Assembly: GCF_006345805.1 (NCBI RefSeq)
Contig: NC_043013.1
Location: 30,814,001-30,878,000 of the forward strand
Length of the DNA: 64,000 nucleotides
Direction: 5' to 3'
From: Octopus sinensis
Lineage: Eukaryota
Shown here: positions 14,348 through 25,429 of the stretch, in pieces
Layout of the letters: every line of letters begins with the position of its first letter
Position numbering within the stretch: the first letter of the stretch is position 1
The notes under the pieces: generated by a model
What the model was told of the DNA's origin: nothing
Seen by the model: the letters and a program-made list of their open reading frames with translations, nothing else
Databases searched by the model: none
Program-made: the position numbers and the translations under genes

Positions 14348-14872
14348 GCCAGGCTTGTCCATTGGACACTGGACTAAGTGTGGACTTCATAGAGCCAAAA
14401 CTTCGTACGACCACGAACCTGAAGGCATTGTCGGAAATAGGAATGCGAAGATCCTACGGGATTTTATGATTCAGTGCGACCATGAGATTGAGAATAAGAA
14501 GCCGGACATAGTCTTAATTGAGAAAGAAAACAAACGATGCTGGATCATAGATATAGCACGTCCAGCTGAGAACAAGGTATGCGATAAGGAAGAAAGAAAA
14601 GTCGGTAGATATGACAGGTTAGCTTTGGAAGTTAAGCAGTTGTGGTCGAGGAAAAAGGTAACAGTAGTACCAATAACTGTCGGAGCCCTGGGAACAGTGA
14701 GTAAAAATCTGAGAAATACTGCAATAAGTGGGGACCACATGCAGAAAACAGCACTTCTTGGAACCATTCGAATACTCTGGAAGGTGCTCGAAAAATAAGA
14801 GGTGTAACCTTAGTTCACTGGTAGTGAACAGCTGAACTGTAGTACATTTCCAGCTTTAGAAGCTGTGCAATG
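14348..14872 (+). mobile_element. 5'-truncated R4/Dong LINE, family B (RLE domain plus 3' UTR)
   Basis: ORF 14355-14798 contains KPDIVL..IDIARP..K..RY..LA.EV..LW..VVPITVGALG..MQKTALLGT, a PD-(D/E)xK restriction-like endonuclease homologous to the C-terminus of 17873-20830. It begins immediately after an (AAT)n tract. Confidence 0.85.
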
Positions 14873-14923
14873 GCAACAACAGCAGCAACAACAACAACAG
14901 CAACGACAACAATAATAATAATA

Positions 14924-15232
14924 GCAAAGGGGCAGACTGCTACCTACTTCAGATACCAGGGAACCGCAAAATGGCAGAAATTCAAAAGATAGTATTCATG
15001 GGAACTGCCCATATCCTACGTAAAATACTGTCTATGTAATCTCAGCATTTAAAACAAAATCATAAATTTCTTATATTTTCTGAAACATTCTCTAGAACAA
15101 TACTATGCACAAAACCAAATGTATGACACCCTAGGCATAACACCAATATGAACTTCTAACTTGTTGTCTCCTGAGGTCTCTGTGTAAAACTTGGAATCAA
15201 CTCGTACAAATACAAAGGCAAAAGTCAAAAAT
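14924..15232 (+). mobile_element. 5'-truncated R4/Dong LINE, family C (last codons plus 3' UTR)
   Basis: It translates as QIPGNRKMAEIQKIVFMGTAHILRKILSM* (stop at 15037), homologous to IPGLPSLQEVQKIVLTGTLHVLRRALSM*. It is flanked by (AAT)n. Confidence 0.8.
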
Positions 15233-15375
15233 ATCATCATTATAGTAATAATAATAGTAATAATAATGATAATGATGATGATGTAGATGATAATAATAAT
15301 AATAAAAATAATAATAATAATGATAATAACAATAATAATAATAATAACAATAGCAATGATAATAATAATAATAAC

Positions 15376-15438
<63 letters not shown>

Positions 15439-15500
15439 AAGAGAAGAAGAAGAAGAAGAAGAAGAAGAAGAAGAAGAAGAAGAAGAAGAGAAGGAGGAGA
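15232..15500. repeat. Compound (AAT)n/(GAT)n then (AGA)n microsatellite
   Basis: Directly visible. Confidence 0.95.
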
Positions 15501-15667
15501 GCCAGCCTTGACAGCGGCTGGACGCGTTCCTCACTGCTCTGACAGTTCGGTGGCCGAAAGCCATAGAAACACTAATATTGGCCAGTTTAGCAACGGGGAA
15601 AAATAACTCTCAAAGACTGGAACATCTACAATACCTCGTGAGTATTTGAAATTCTCTTCAAAGTGGG

Positions 15668-16543
15668 TTAAGAAATTTACAAATTTACATACCTGCAGCT
15701 TTCAAACATACATCCGATCGGCTTTAAAAACTTTAATACCCACAACTGCCTCTGTAAGCACCCTTTTGTTTTCTTCTCTCTAAAAACATCACGCTTTTCT
15801 TTTTGTGGACTTGCAAAACCCTAAAACTTTCTATGAAAATCTGACTTTTCTTTGCTTCCTCCCAGAATATTCAAATATAAATGTAAACATATACTTTTTA
15901 TTGTAAAAACACACCTGTTCTTCTAACTGGACATACAAACATCTCTAGAGGGGTCAACTTCAACCTCCACAATATTACCTTGCACGAAATATACAAACAC
16001 TTTTTATAGCAATAACACAAACGCACATGGAAAAAATAATGATGCTAAGATTCTCTCTGGTCGAACACAGCTTCTCTATTCACAAATAATACAGAACAGC
16101 CCTTCAAAATAAGTTAAGAAAATTTACAAATTTACATATCTACAGTTTTCAATCATACATTCGACCAGCTTTAAAAACTTTGATACCCACAATTGCCTCT
16201 GTAAACATCCTTTTTTTTCTTCTCTCTAAAAACATCACGCTTTTCTTTTTGTGGACTAAAGCTTTCTATGAAAATCTGACTTTTCTTTGCTTCCTCCCTG
16301 AATATTCAAATATAAATGTAAACATATACTTTTTATTGTAAAAACACACCTGTTCTTCTAACTGGACATACAAACATCTCTAGAAAAGTCAACTTCAACC
16401 TCCACAATATTACCTTACACGAAATATACAAACACTTTTTATTGCAATAACACAAACGCACATGGAAAAAAAAATGATGATGCTAAGATTCTCTCTGGTC
16501 GAACACAACTTCTCTATTCACAAACAATACAGAACAGCCCTTC
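15668..16543. repeat. Tandem duplication of a ~440-bp unit (15668-16104 / 16113-16543)
   Basis: Both units run from GTTAAGAAA(A)TTTACAAATTTACAT to AATACAGAACAGCCCTTC with high identity by eye. Confidence 0.9.
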
Positions 16544-17139
16544 CTTAATTTTTCTTAAGCCTAATAGTAGTAAACATCTGAACTTTGTTTGACCGATAGG
16601 ACCCCACCTTAAGAAAAAAAAATATCACTGATGGTGATGGTGATGATGGTGATGATGATAATAATGATAGTAATAGTGCTGATAATCTATCTATCTATCT
16701 ACACACACACACACACTCAAAGAGTTCAACCAACACAAAACCTCACCTCGGCTCTATTGTTAACCAAATATGAAAGTATTATTTGACAGGCAAGAACTTT
16801 GGCATTGAAGACAGTCAGCCAGCCAACCACCAAGCCAGCCAACGAGACAGACAGACACTACTGTGATGGTGATGATGATAAAAAATAACAATACTAAGAT
16901 ACTGCTGTGACTACACATAAAACAATATCATTGATGATGATGATGGTGATGGTGATGATGATAATGATGATGGTAATGGTGGGGATAATGATGATAGTGA
17001 TAATAATGGTGATGATAATAACAATAATAAGCCGACTACGGCTGCTATAATGGTACGATTATAATTGTAACCGCAGTGATGGCCGTCTCCCCACGAGCCA
17101 ATCAAAGCTAAAAATTGATAACATTATCGTAGCACCAAA

Positions 17140-17955
17140 ATGTTTTTGGAAACTAAAAGGAAAACTAAATCAGTATACCAAATCGCTTGTCCTATGGTTA
17201 ATCTGGAAGCGCGTCCCCCAGGGAAGAGCCAGCCTGGGATCGAAAAGTCATCAACTGGCACAAACTCTTCTCCGAATACGGACATGGATGGTCACTTGAA
17301 CGGGAAATCCCCCAACTCGACCCTTCCAAGTTCACCACCACAACCACCACAGAAAGTAAAATGTAAGCGGAACAAATGGACCCGAGAAGAGTATAAAGAA
17401 GTAATATACGCTTATTACTATGCATTAGGTAGGCCATCTCAAGAGAGACACATCGCAAACTCTTACAGTATATGGAGAACACGGAATCAAGACAGTAGGC
17501 CCTATTTGGACGAGAACAAATTAGCAAATGTGAGGAGGGATATCCTTAGAAATAACAGACTCACAGACAGTGAAATAAGCGCGATCAAGCACGCAACGGA
17601 AAATGACATAAATATAAGACACAAAGGAAATGAAGAATCAGATGAACAGTATAGCCCGCCACGAGGCTTAATTGAAAGACTGCCATCTGACCAAAGTACG
17701 GAAAGGCCCGAAGATACAAGAAATTCTATTGTACCTGTTAAAGATAGCCAGGAAAACGAAAACACAACAGTAACTGAAGATCTCGCATTTGCTGAAGAAC
17801 ACAGAGAGTCTATGGCAGAAATGAGGCAGAAAATCCTGAATACGCTTGAAGTTGTAAGACATACAAGTATGAATGATAGAGAACCACTTCATAAACTCTC
17901 AAATACAAACCAAAATAAAAAAACAAATCCAAATTGGCAACTATGTAACAAATGA
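17140..17955 (+). CDS. N-terminal part of the Dong/R4 polyprotein (frameshifted)
   Basis: 271 aa with KRNKWTREEYKEVIYAYY..W..R...YLDENKLANVRRDILRNNRLTDSEI, typical of R4/Dong N-termini. It joins the next ORF by a +1 shift at the A7 run near 17917-17923. Confidence 0.8.
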   Translation: MFLETKRKTKSVYQIACPMVNLEARPPGKSQPGIEKSSTGTNSSPNTDMDGHLNGKSPNSTLPSSPPQPPQKVKCKRNKWTREEYKEVIYAYYYALGRPSQERHIANSYSIWRTRNQDSRPYLDENKLANVRRDILRNNRLTDSEISAIKHATENDINIRHKGNEESDEQYSPPRGLIERLPSDQSTERPEDTRNSIVPVKDSQENENTTVTEDLAFAEEHRESMAEMRQKILNTLEVVRHTSMNDREPLHKLSNTNQNKKTNPNWQLCNK

Positions 17956-20830
17956 AATAATACGAGAATTAAAACCTGATTTTACTGAGTTAAATGAAAT
18001 TATTTACGCTTCTGCTAGGGCAATTGAAACCAGCTGTATGCCCCCTAAAAAACAAAGAAAACAAAACCTGGGAAGAAATCAAACCTGGAGAAGTAAAATT
18101 GAAAAAGAGATTGAATTTATGAAAAGGGAAATATCAATATTAAATGAACTAATATGTGGAAATGATGTAAGATCCAGAACAGGAAGAAAGATGAAGAGAA
18201 AATTTGGATCCTCACCAAGAGAAGAACTGATATCAATAAAAGAAACGCTGAAACAAAAAGTCCAAGCAAAAGCCGAAAGAATACGAAGATTTGAGAAGAG
18301 AAACAAGTTTTACAAGCAAAATAAGCTGTTCACATCCAATGCCAAAAAATTCTACAGAGAAATAGGGAAGGAGAAAGTAACCGTTAAAGACCCCCCTCCC
18401 ATGGAAGAAGTTCAAAACTTTTGGAAAAGGATTTGGAGTGACAAGAAGACGTACAACATAAATGCAGACTGGATTATACAAACTGAAGGATCCTACCTAA
18501 ATTTACAACAACAAGCATGGGAAGACATCACAATAGTAGACCTAAGAAAGGCACTCACGAAGGCCCATAATTGGAAATCCCCCGGTAAAGATAGGGTGCC
18601 TAATTTCTGGCTCGCATCGCTCCCATGCGCACACGGTAAGTTAGTTCAGCTGCTCAATGGAATTATGAGAGACCCAAAGAAAACACCTGAATGGTTAGCA
18701 AGTGGCATTACTTACCTACTCTCAAAGAATAACGAAACCAACCTTCCAAAAAACTATCGGCCTATAACCTGTCTATCCACCACGTATAAAATCCTAACAT
18801 CTATCCTGGCGGAGAAAACATATGCATTCATGGAGAAGAACGATATTTTCCCCATTGAACAAAAAGGGTACCGCCGAGGCTCTTACGGATGCAAAGATCA
18901 ACTGCTAATCAATCGTATGATCCTTGAGAACTGTCACAACAAGCGCAGAAATCTCAGCACCGCATGGATTGACTATAAAAAGGCCTTCAACAGTATACCG
19001 CATCCATGGATCTTGAGATCGCTGGACATCTTCAAAATTTCCTCTGTGATTTCAAACTTCCTGAAGCACAATATGTCGTTGTGGAATACGAATCTCCAAT
19101 TATACCACTCTAATGGAGTACTTGCCTCAGAAAATATAAACATCAACTGTGGAATTTTTCAAGGTGACTCACTTTCACCTTTAATATTCTGCATAGCCCT
19201 AATACCCCTTACAAGTGAATTAAACAGAACAGGGTATGGGTATAAAATTGCCAATAAAAAAATAAGCCATCTATTTTATATGGATGACTTAAAACTTTGT
19301 GGTAAAGACAATAATGAACTTGAAGGCCTATTGCGCACCGTGAAAGCATTCAGCGATGACATCGGGATGGAGTTTGGACTTGAGAAGTGTGCCAAGGCCA
19401 CTTTCCAGAAAGGGAAAGTGAAGACCAAACATTCAGTCGTGTTAGATGTTGACACAGTTATAAGAGAGCTTGAGCAAGAACAAACATACAAATATTTAGG
19501 GATAAATGAAGGCTCTGGTATTCAGCATGCAAGCATGAAAGAGAAGTTCAGGAAGGAATGTTATAGGAGAGTTCGTGCAGTCCTGAAATCTGAACTAAAT
19601 GCACGTAACAAGGTGTTAGCTATAAATTCCTTAGCAGTTCCAGTTGTTACTTATAGCTACAATGTGTTGAACTGGAATATGAGTGAAGTAAAGAATATAG
19701 ATAGGAAAATACGCAAGCTGCTGAGTTGTAATAGGATGCACCACCCAAAGGCAGACGTAGATCGCCTTTACCTTCCCAGAGCCCAAGGAGGTCGAGGCCT
19801 GATCCAATTTGAACTAGCTTACAACGCAACCACAATTGGACTGGCCAAATATCTCGAAATATCGAATGACTGGATGCTAAAGCTCGTGGAGAATCACGAG
19901 AGACGAAAGAAGCTTCATTCTATCATAAAGGAAAGCAAAACATTTGCTATTGATCTCGTGCAGGATACCCAAACTGAACAACCCGAGGGAAGTACGGCAA
20001 CTATTGTTGCAAAGAATGTGAAAATGATGGCAACGAAAAAAGCGCACGAGCAATTGGCTGATAGGTGGGAGGAGAAACCTCTGCACGGCAAATATGTGAC
20101 CCGCAGCAAACAAGCTGATGTTGACCAGAAGCAAACCCATCAGTGGCTACGGAGCTCAGGGCTAAAAGCAGAGAGCGAAGGTTTCATCCTGGCTGCTCAA
20201 GATCAAAGCCTATTAACCCGGAACTACCAGGCCAATGTGATGAAAAATGGAGCAGACCCAAAATGCCGATTCTGCAACGACATGATTGAAACAGTGGACC
20301 ACCTAATCTCTGGATGTAAAGTCTTAGCACCAGTGGAGTATAAATTAAGACATGACAGAGTTGGCCAATATCTCCACTGGCTAATAAGTCGGCATTACAA
20401 AATCAAAACTGCCGACAAGTGGTGTAATCACCACCCTGAGGCTGTAACTGAAGGAGAAAATGTAACCATTCTGTGGGACTTTCCAGTACATACAGACCGA
20501 ACCATCAAGGCCAATAAACCAGATATTGTTGTGAAAGACCAAAACAATAAAGTTTGCTTATTGATCGACATGAGCATCCCCTGTGATCATAATATCTCAG
20601 CGAAAGAGTTTGACAAGCTCAGAAAATATAAAGACCTACTCATTGAAATTGAGAAAATGTGGCATCTCAAGGCGGTTACAATACCAGTGATCGTAGGAGC
20701 ACTAGGAATGATCAAGAAGGGAACCGAAAATTATATGAGAATGATCCCTGGCTTACCATCCCTGCAAGAAGTGCAAAAGATTGTCTTAACTGGTACATTA
20801 CACGTATTGAGAAGAGCATTGTCGATGTGA
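17873..20830 (+). CDS. Dong/R4 reverse transcriptase plus CCHC zinc finger plus restriction-like endonuclease
   Basis: 985 aa with RT motifs NYRPITCL, QKG, WIDYKKAFNSIPH, GIFQGDSLSPLIF, FYMDDLKL and YKYLG. The CCHC finger is CRFCNDMIETVDHLISGC and the RLE is KPDIVV..LIDMSIP..KEFDKLRKY. Confidence 0.92.
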   Translation: MIENHFINSQIQTKIKKQIQIGNYVTNEIIRELKPDFTELNEIIYASARAIETSCMPPKKQRKQNLGRNQTWRSKIEKEIEFMKREISILNELICGNDVRSRTGRKMKRKFGSSPREELISIKETLKQKVQAKAERIRRFEKRNKFYKQNKLFTSNAKKFYREIGKEKVTVKDPPPMEEVQNFWKRIWSDKKTYNINADWIIQTEGSYLNLQQQAWEDITIVDLRKALTKAHNWKSPGKDRVPNFWLASLPCAHGKLVQLLNGIMRDPKKTPEWLASGITYLLSKNNETNLPKNYRPITCLSTTYKILTSILAEKTYAFMEKNDIFPIEQKGYRRGSYGCKDQLLINRMILENCHNKRRNLSTAWIDYKKAFNSIPHPWILRSLDIFKISSVISNFLKHNMSLWNTNLQLYHSNGVLASENININCGIFQGDSLSPLIFCIALIPLTSELNRTGYGYKIANKKISHLFYMDDLKLCGKDNNELEGLLRTVKAFSDDIGMEFGLEKCAKATFQKGKVKTKHSVVLDVDTVIRELEQEQTYKYLGINEGSGIQHASMKEKFRKECYRRVRAVLKSELNARNKVLAINSLAVPVVTYSYNVLNWNMSEVKNIDRKIRKLLSCNRMHHPKADVDRLYLPRAQGGRGLIQFELAYNATTIGLAKYLEISNDWMLKLVENHERRKKLHSIIKESKTFAIDLVQDTQTEQPEGSTATIVAKNVKMMATKKAHEQLADRWEEKPLHGKYVTRSKQADVDQKQTHQWLRSSGLKAESEGFILAAQDQSLLTRNYQANVMKNGADPKCRFCNDMIETVDHLISGCKVLAPVEYKLRHDRVGQYLHWLISRHYKIKTADKWCNHHPEAVTEGENVTILWDFPVHTDRTIKANKPDIVVKDQNNKVCLLIDMSIPCDHNISAKEFDKLRKYKDLLIEIEKMWHLKAVTIPVIVGALGMIKKGTENYMRMIPGLPSLQEVQKIVLTGTLHVLRRALSM

Positions 20831-21019
20831 GAACTGTTGCTGCTCATGTATTTTAATTTAACTTAAAAAAAAAAAAAATATGAACGAACTATTGAGTTTG
20901 GTTTAATGGCCTACCAATGTATACTATGAGTTTCTTTGCCCTAGGAGTCGGGAAGACACTCGGCAAGAAATGGAAGCAAGTTTGAAAGAAGAAAAAAAAA
21001 GTAATAATAATAATAATAA

Positions 21020-21101
21020 TACAAAGGCAAAAGTCAAAAATATCATCATTATAATAATAATAGTAATAATAAGGATACTGATGATGATGATGATGTAGAT
21101 G

Positions 21102-21152
<51 letters not shown>

Positions 21153-21312
21153 TAATAATAAAAATAATAATAATAATAATGACAATAATAATAATAATAA
21201 CAATAGCAATGATAATAATAATAATAATACAAAGGCAAAAGTCAAAAATATCATCATTATAATAATAATAATAGTAATAATAAGGATAATGATGATGATG
21301 AGGATGTAGATG

Positions 21313-21343
<31 letters not shown>

Positions 21344-21405
21344 TAATAATAAAAATAATAATAATAATAATGACAATATTAATAATAATAATAACAATAG
21401 CAATG

Positions 21406-21455
<50 letters not shown>
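21020..21455 (+). repeat. Two tandem copies of the family-C 3' tail plus compound microsatellite cassette
   Basis: TACAAAGGCAAAAGTCAAAAATATCATCATTAT...GATGTAGAT...AACAATAGCAATGAT occurs at ~21020 and ~21228. The same cassette is at 15205-15410. Confidence 0.85.
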
Positions 21456-21458
<3 letters not shown>

Positions 21459-21459
<1 letters not shown>

Positions 21460-22012
21460 GCCCTGATGCAGTACCAGGCAGTGGCTCTCATGGCTTCTGA
21501 TCTTAACTGATTGGAAGTGTTATCATGTACATTGTTTTGTCTTAGTATAAAAGATGGGCTACAGCAAATATTCTGCTCAATACCACAGATTTGCTTGTCA
21601 GTTGTTTGACCTTAACCAGTTGAGCATGTCCCTTAGTGGCTGACGATATGTGCATCTCTGATCACGAGCAGAAATAGTGGGGGAGCATCATAGCCATGTG
21701 TTGAGAAGGATTCTTTGGGTTTGAATAATTCACCTCTGGAAACATGGGTGTTTCGTTCAACGTCCTTAAACAACCCTTATTCAGGGACCTTTTGAGCGGG
21801 ATGGGTTACTCGATCTGAAGAAAATTCTAACTGGGCTCCACCTGCAAGGTCATGTGCTGTTTATCTTGATATGAGATCACTATGTCGCGCACATATGGTT
21901 GTGATGCATGTGCCTGGTGTACCCTTATCAGACGGGTAGTCATGATGGGTATACTGGGCTTCGTATATTTTACCCCAGTGTCACTTTGATGGCATGCTCT
22001 GCTCGCTCACTC
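21459..22012 (+). mobile_element. Non-coding ~555-bp interspersed element embedded in (AAT)n
   Basis: It is bounded on both sides by (AAT)n. Its 3' ~220 bp recur at 63169-63388, also within (AAT)n. It has no long ORF. Confidence 0.75.
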
Positions 22013-23658
22013 AATAATAATAATAATACTTTGTAGAACAAAAAAGCTGATAATAATAGCAGTAAAGAATATACTAATAAACCTCCAAAAGCAAAAAGGG
22101 AAACAACCCATGTTTAAGCCCATCATAACCTAAAGAGTAAAGGTATAAACAATAATAATGAATGCAATTCTATAAATGAAAATAGAAATAAGAATAAAAA
22201 TGAAAATATATATTGTGATAGCAAATTTAGAAATAACTGTTTAAAAAATATTGCAAACAAAAGCAAAAACGTATTATATAGATGGAAAGTAAAATCTGAT
22301 GGTAAAAACTAATTTCATATCGTTTCAACGGAAGATTATATTAAAATACGTATTGCCAACCACCAATACACTTTTAATAGTAGAAAATAAGTCCCCCTAG
22401 CAAATTTCTTTCGGAGTTGAAGGACAAGAATAAAAAGTATAGCACAGGGAAAAATAATAAGCCATACTATTGCCTATACAATTGGAGACACTAATTGTAA
22501 TCTTTGTATTGGAGAATTATTTCAGATTTTGACTTCTAGAATAAGATTCTTAACACCAAAAAGGAGGGAAGTATAGCCTGTAAATATGTATTTACGAATT
22601 ACCATTAAAATAAAACGTTACTAAAACTATAATTTAACTATCTTATACATTAAGTATCTAGAAATATATAAATATGTATCTTTGACAATTATAATTATAA
22701 TCAAAATAGTAATATTAAAGTAAAACCTACTATGTATTAATTGGATAATAGATTGAATTTATTATTTTTGATAATATTAATATTTACGTATTTGTCAATT
22801 GCAGTCATATGTATATTTTTCTGATTATTATATTTAAAAAATATATTGTGCATACATCGTAGTATACAGCTGTGGCAAACAGTAAACGGTTTTGAATTCG
22901 TTATCGTCACGCAGTACGCAGTAAATAATAGATATATTTATGATTGAAATTATACTAAATAAATTACTATTTAATCTTCAATACTAGCAATTATAACCAA
23001 GAAGCTTAGAAAATAATTCTTAGTTGATATTATAATAAAAAATATATTGTACATAAGTCTTGTTAACATATATACAGTTTCCATCTTATGTATACAGACT
23101 AAATTTTGTCATGGTCATGTCGTACACGGTTAACGCTACTGTGATTTCTGTTTTAAATTATAAAAATAAAAATTGGTATTTAATTACTAATACTAGAGCT
23201 TACAAGTTGGTGACTTACAATATAATTCTTAAGTGATTAGAAAACATTGCTGACATTTCGTAATCTCACAAGTAATAATGAAAATTAAGAATACATCTTC
23301 TTGATTAGGATTAACTGAATCAAAATATCATTTATGCAGCAACCTAACGGCTTATTTGTTTTTTTCAACGCATCAACACTTGCAGGCGCGCAATTAAATT
23401 AAAACAAAGTTGCATATACAGAAGTAAAGGTATTTTAAATACGTTAGAATCTGAATTTCATGCTGAGTCTACCACTGACACATGTTTAATAAACTATACT
23501 TCAATATGAATCTATAATTTAATTTTTGTAAATTGAATTCATTGATTGGATATTGAAACAATTGTAGGTTCTATGAGTTTGATATCGTTCGAAATAGGAT
23601 CTGTATGACTAAACCGATGTCTATATGCCAATGTTTTCATTTTCTTCTGTTCATTATA

Positions 23659-24169
23659 TCTATATATATAAAACTGTAATTGTGTGAGTGTCTGTCCCCT
23701 TCGATTTAGATTCCTAACTACTCCCACATTTTGCGGTGCAGTTTAACCAAATTCGGGTATCTTATAGTCGTTATTCATATCAAGCCCGTCTGGCTATTAG
23801 CGCGCGTCTACGATGAGTCTACGATTTTAAAAACAATTTAACATCATTTTTTATTCCATTTTAATGCATAATTTTTCGTGTGTCGATGGCGGCGGAGTTG
23901 GCGTCCATGGTCACACCTGCACCTGTTTGCTTCTCCCCTTCTTCCCTCCCTCGTGAAGCTGTGGGGAAGGGAGTGTAAGGAAATCAACGTCGTAAAGCGT
24001 TGTCAAGGAGATCAGCGTTCTTTTAGAACAACGACTTCATGGCTTGAAGACACCAAAACAGAAATGGCTAAGAAAGCCCGAATTGGCATCTATAAGGGAA
24101 GTAACTCTCTACAAATGCTTATATAGTTATTTCCCTTAAAACCCGAGCAACGCCGGTCGATACTGCTAG
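23659..24169 (+). mobile_element. Non-autonomous Helitron (511 bp)
   Basis: It starts TCTATATATATAAAACTG after an A and ends with the hairpin CCCGAGCAACGCCGG(T) plus ATACTGCTAG before a T. This is an A|T target with no TSD. Homologues lie at 28911-29927 and 44477-44986. Confidence 0.85.
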
Positions 24170-24299
24170 TATATAATAAAATGAGAATATAGAAAGGTAA
24201 TTTATAAATCGTTAGTTATCAATTAAAAAAAATAACAAATCTTTATTAATCTAGCTCAATAATTAATGTTTAAGGGGTGAAAAATAATAACCTATAAGT

Positions 24300-24720
24300 C
24301 TTTATTTATTTACATATTTTTCACTATCTATTGTCTCTCTTTACTCTATCTATTTTGATTGATTTATATTACTTCATTTTTACTTATAATTTTTATATAC
24401 TCTAACATTAGGTCAATATTCTCAATGGTCTTTTATCTATTTCGAGATTTATGATAAGTAATAGATTGCCTGAATGTATTCCACCTCCATTCAATATTAA
24501 TAACTATAGACATTTGAATTAAACTCTAAACACTAAATTTATATTGATTTAATAATACATATAATAGCACAATACTTAACACTTTATCATACTTAACAGA
24601 CTTAACCCCTCCAAATGAATATTTTGTTTTATAACTCCATTATACACAACCTTACTCCACTTCTAGGGGCTCTAGCATTTGTATACTTTGTTTTTGATGT
24701 ATACATTTAATCAGCTAACG
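24300..24720 (-). mobile_element. Possible highly degraded CR1-type APE endonuclease relic
   Basis: The minus strand gives KTKYTNARAPRSG and later GGGI amid many stops. Weak, motif-level support only. Confidence 0.25.
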
Positions 24721-25429
24721 GTTTACAGCCGTTTACTCAATAAGCGGAAATTCAACATCTATTTTGTATATCTTTATCTACCTCCGAAGAAATTTGACTT
24801 TCAAATAATTTTTAAATTAATTAATTTTCTGAGGGTCCGAATTGAAACAGCTGTAAGAGATGTTTGTCAATTTTTTAAATTAATAAATAATAATTTATTA
24901 GCTACCTCTCTAATTTCTCATCTTATTATAATAAATAAATATATATAAGCCTCGGTTTATATGGTTACTTTGCAGTTGGGTATTAAATATCAATGTGCAA
25001 TATTATTTGTATAGGTAATTAAACAGTACTTTCATAGGTGTGTATGTATGCATGCATGCACTATGTATATCAGAAATTATATATGCACCTCTGTTTGAGT
25101 ATTGGTTTTGGATATCTGCTTTAGTATGAAAGCATTTCCTAAACGTTTCTTTAAGTTGTTTCTGTCATAAAACAGTGGTTATGCATGGGCATCGCTTGGA
25201 CGAGTTTTATTCAAATAAATCGATCCGGTACAAATTTGTTCACAAAATCAGTTTTTGGCATAAAGCTGTAGTAAAAGCTATTTGTCCAAGAGGGTGTATA
25301 GTAGGACTGATTCCAAAACCACGCGCCCGCAAAGGGGTTTTCTTTACTAGTTAGCTTGTGCTTAAAACTAACCAAGACATTAAAACAATAATACGTAGGA
25401 ATAATTGATCAAAGATTTATTAAATAGTG

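Larger units (their letters stand above)
17031..21000 (+). mobile_element. Full-length R4/Dong-clade non-LTR retrotransposon, family A
   Basis: It has a ~110-bp 5' UTR after an (AAT/GAT)n tract, an RT-CCHC-RLE ORF, and a ~170-bp 3' UTR ending in A-rich sequence then (TAA)n. There is no APE domain. Confidence 0.9.

Noticed and set aside
15103-15564. Low-complexity ORFs (poly-I, poly-S, YI, TH, LSIY and similar) throughout the ORF track
   Set aside because: They are translations of microsatellites (AAT, TA, CA, GATA, CTA).
17905-17930. Programmed -1 ribosomal frameshift joining the two Dong ORFs
   Set aside because: The required shift is +1, the codons AAT AAA AAA ACA do not form a canonical X XXY YYZ site, and R4/Dong elements normally have one ORF. 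A homopolymer indel is simpler.
17198-20856. Short antisense and alternate-frame ORFs overlapping the Dong element
   Set aside because: They are shadows of the long sense ORF with no independent motifs.
21645-21690. Hammerhead in the 555-bp element (CTGACGA...GAAA)
   Set aside because: Stem II does not close next to the core, and stems I and III cannot be drawn.
23878-24126. Recurrent peptide LLPSLVKLWGRECKEINVV (also 29364-29705 and 44534-44779) as a captured gene
   Set aside because: It is the same internal Helitron sequence in three copies with differing starts and frames, so there is no evidence of coding constraint.
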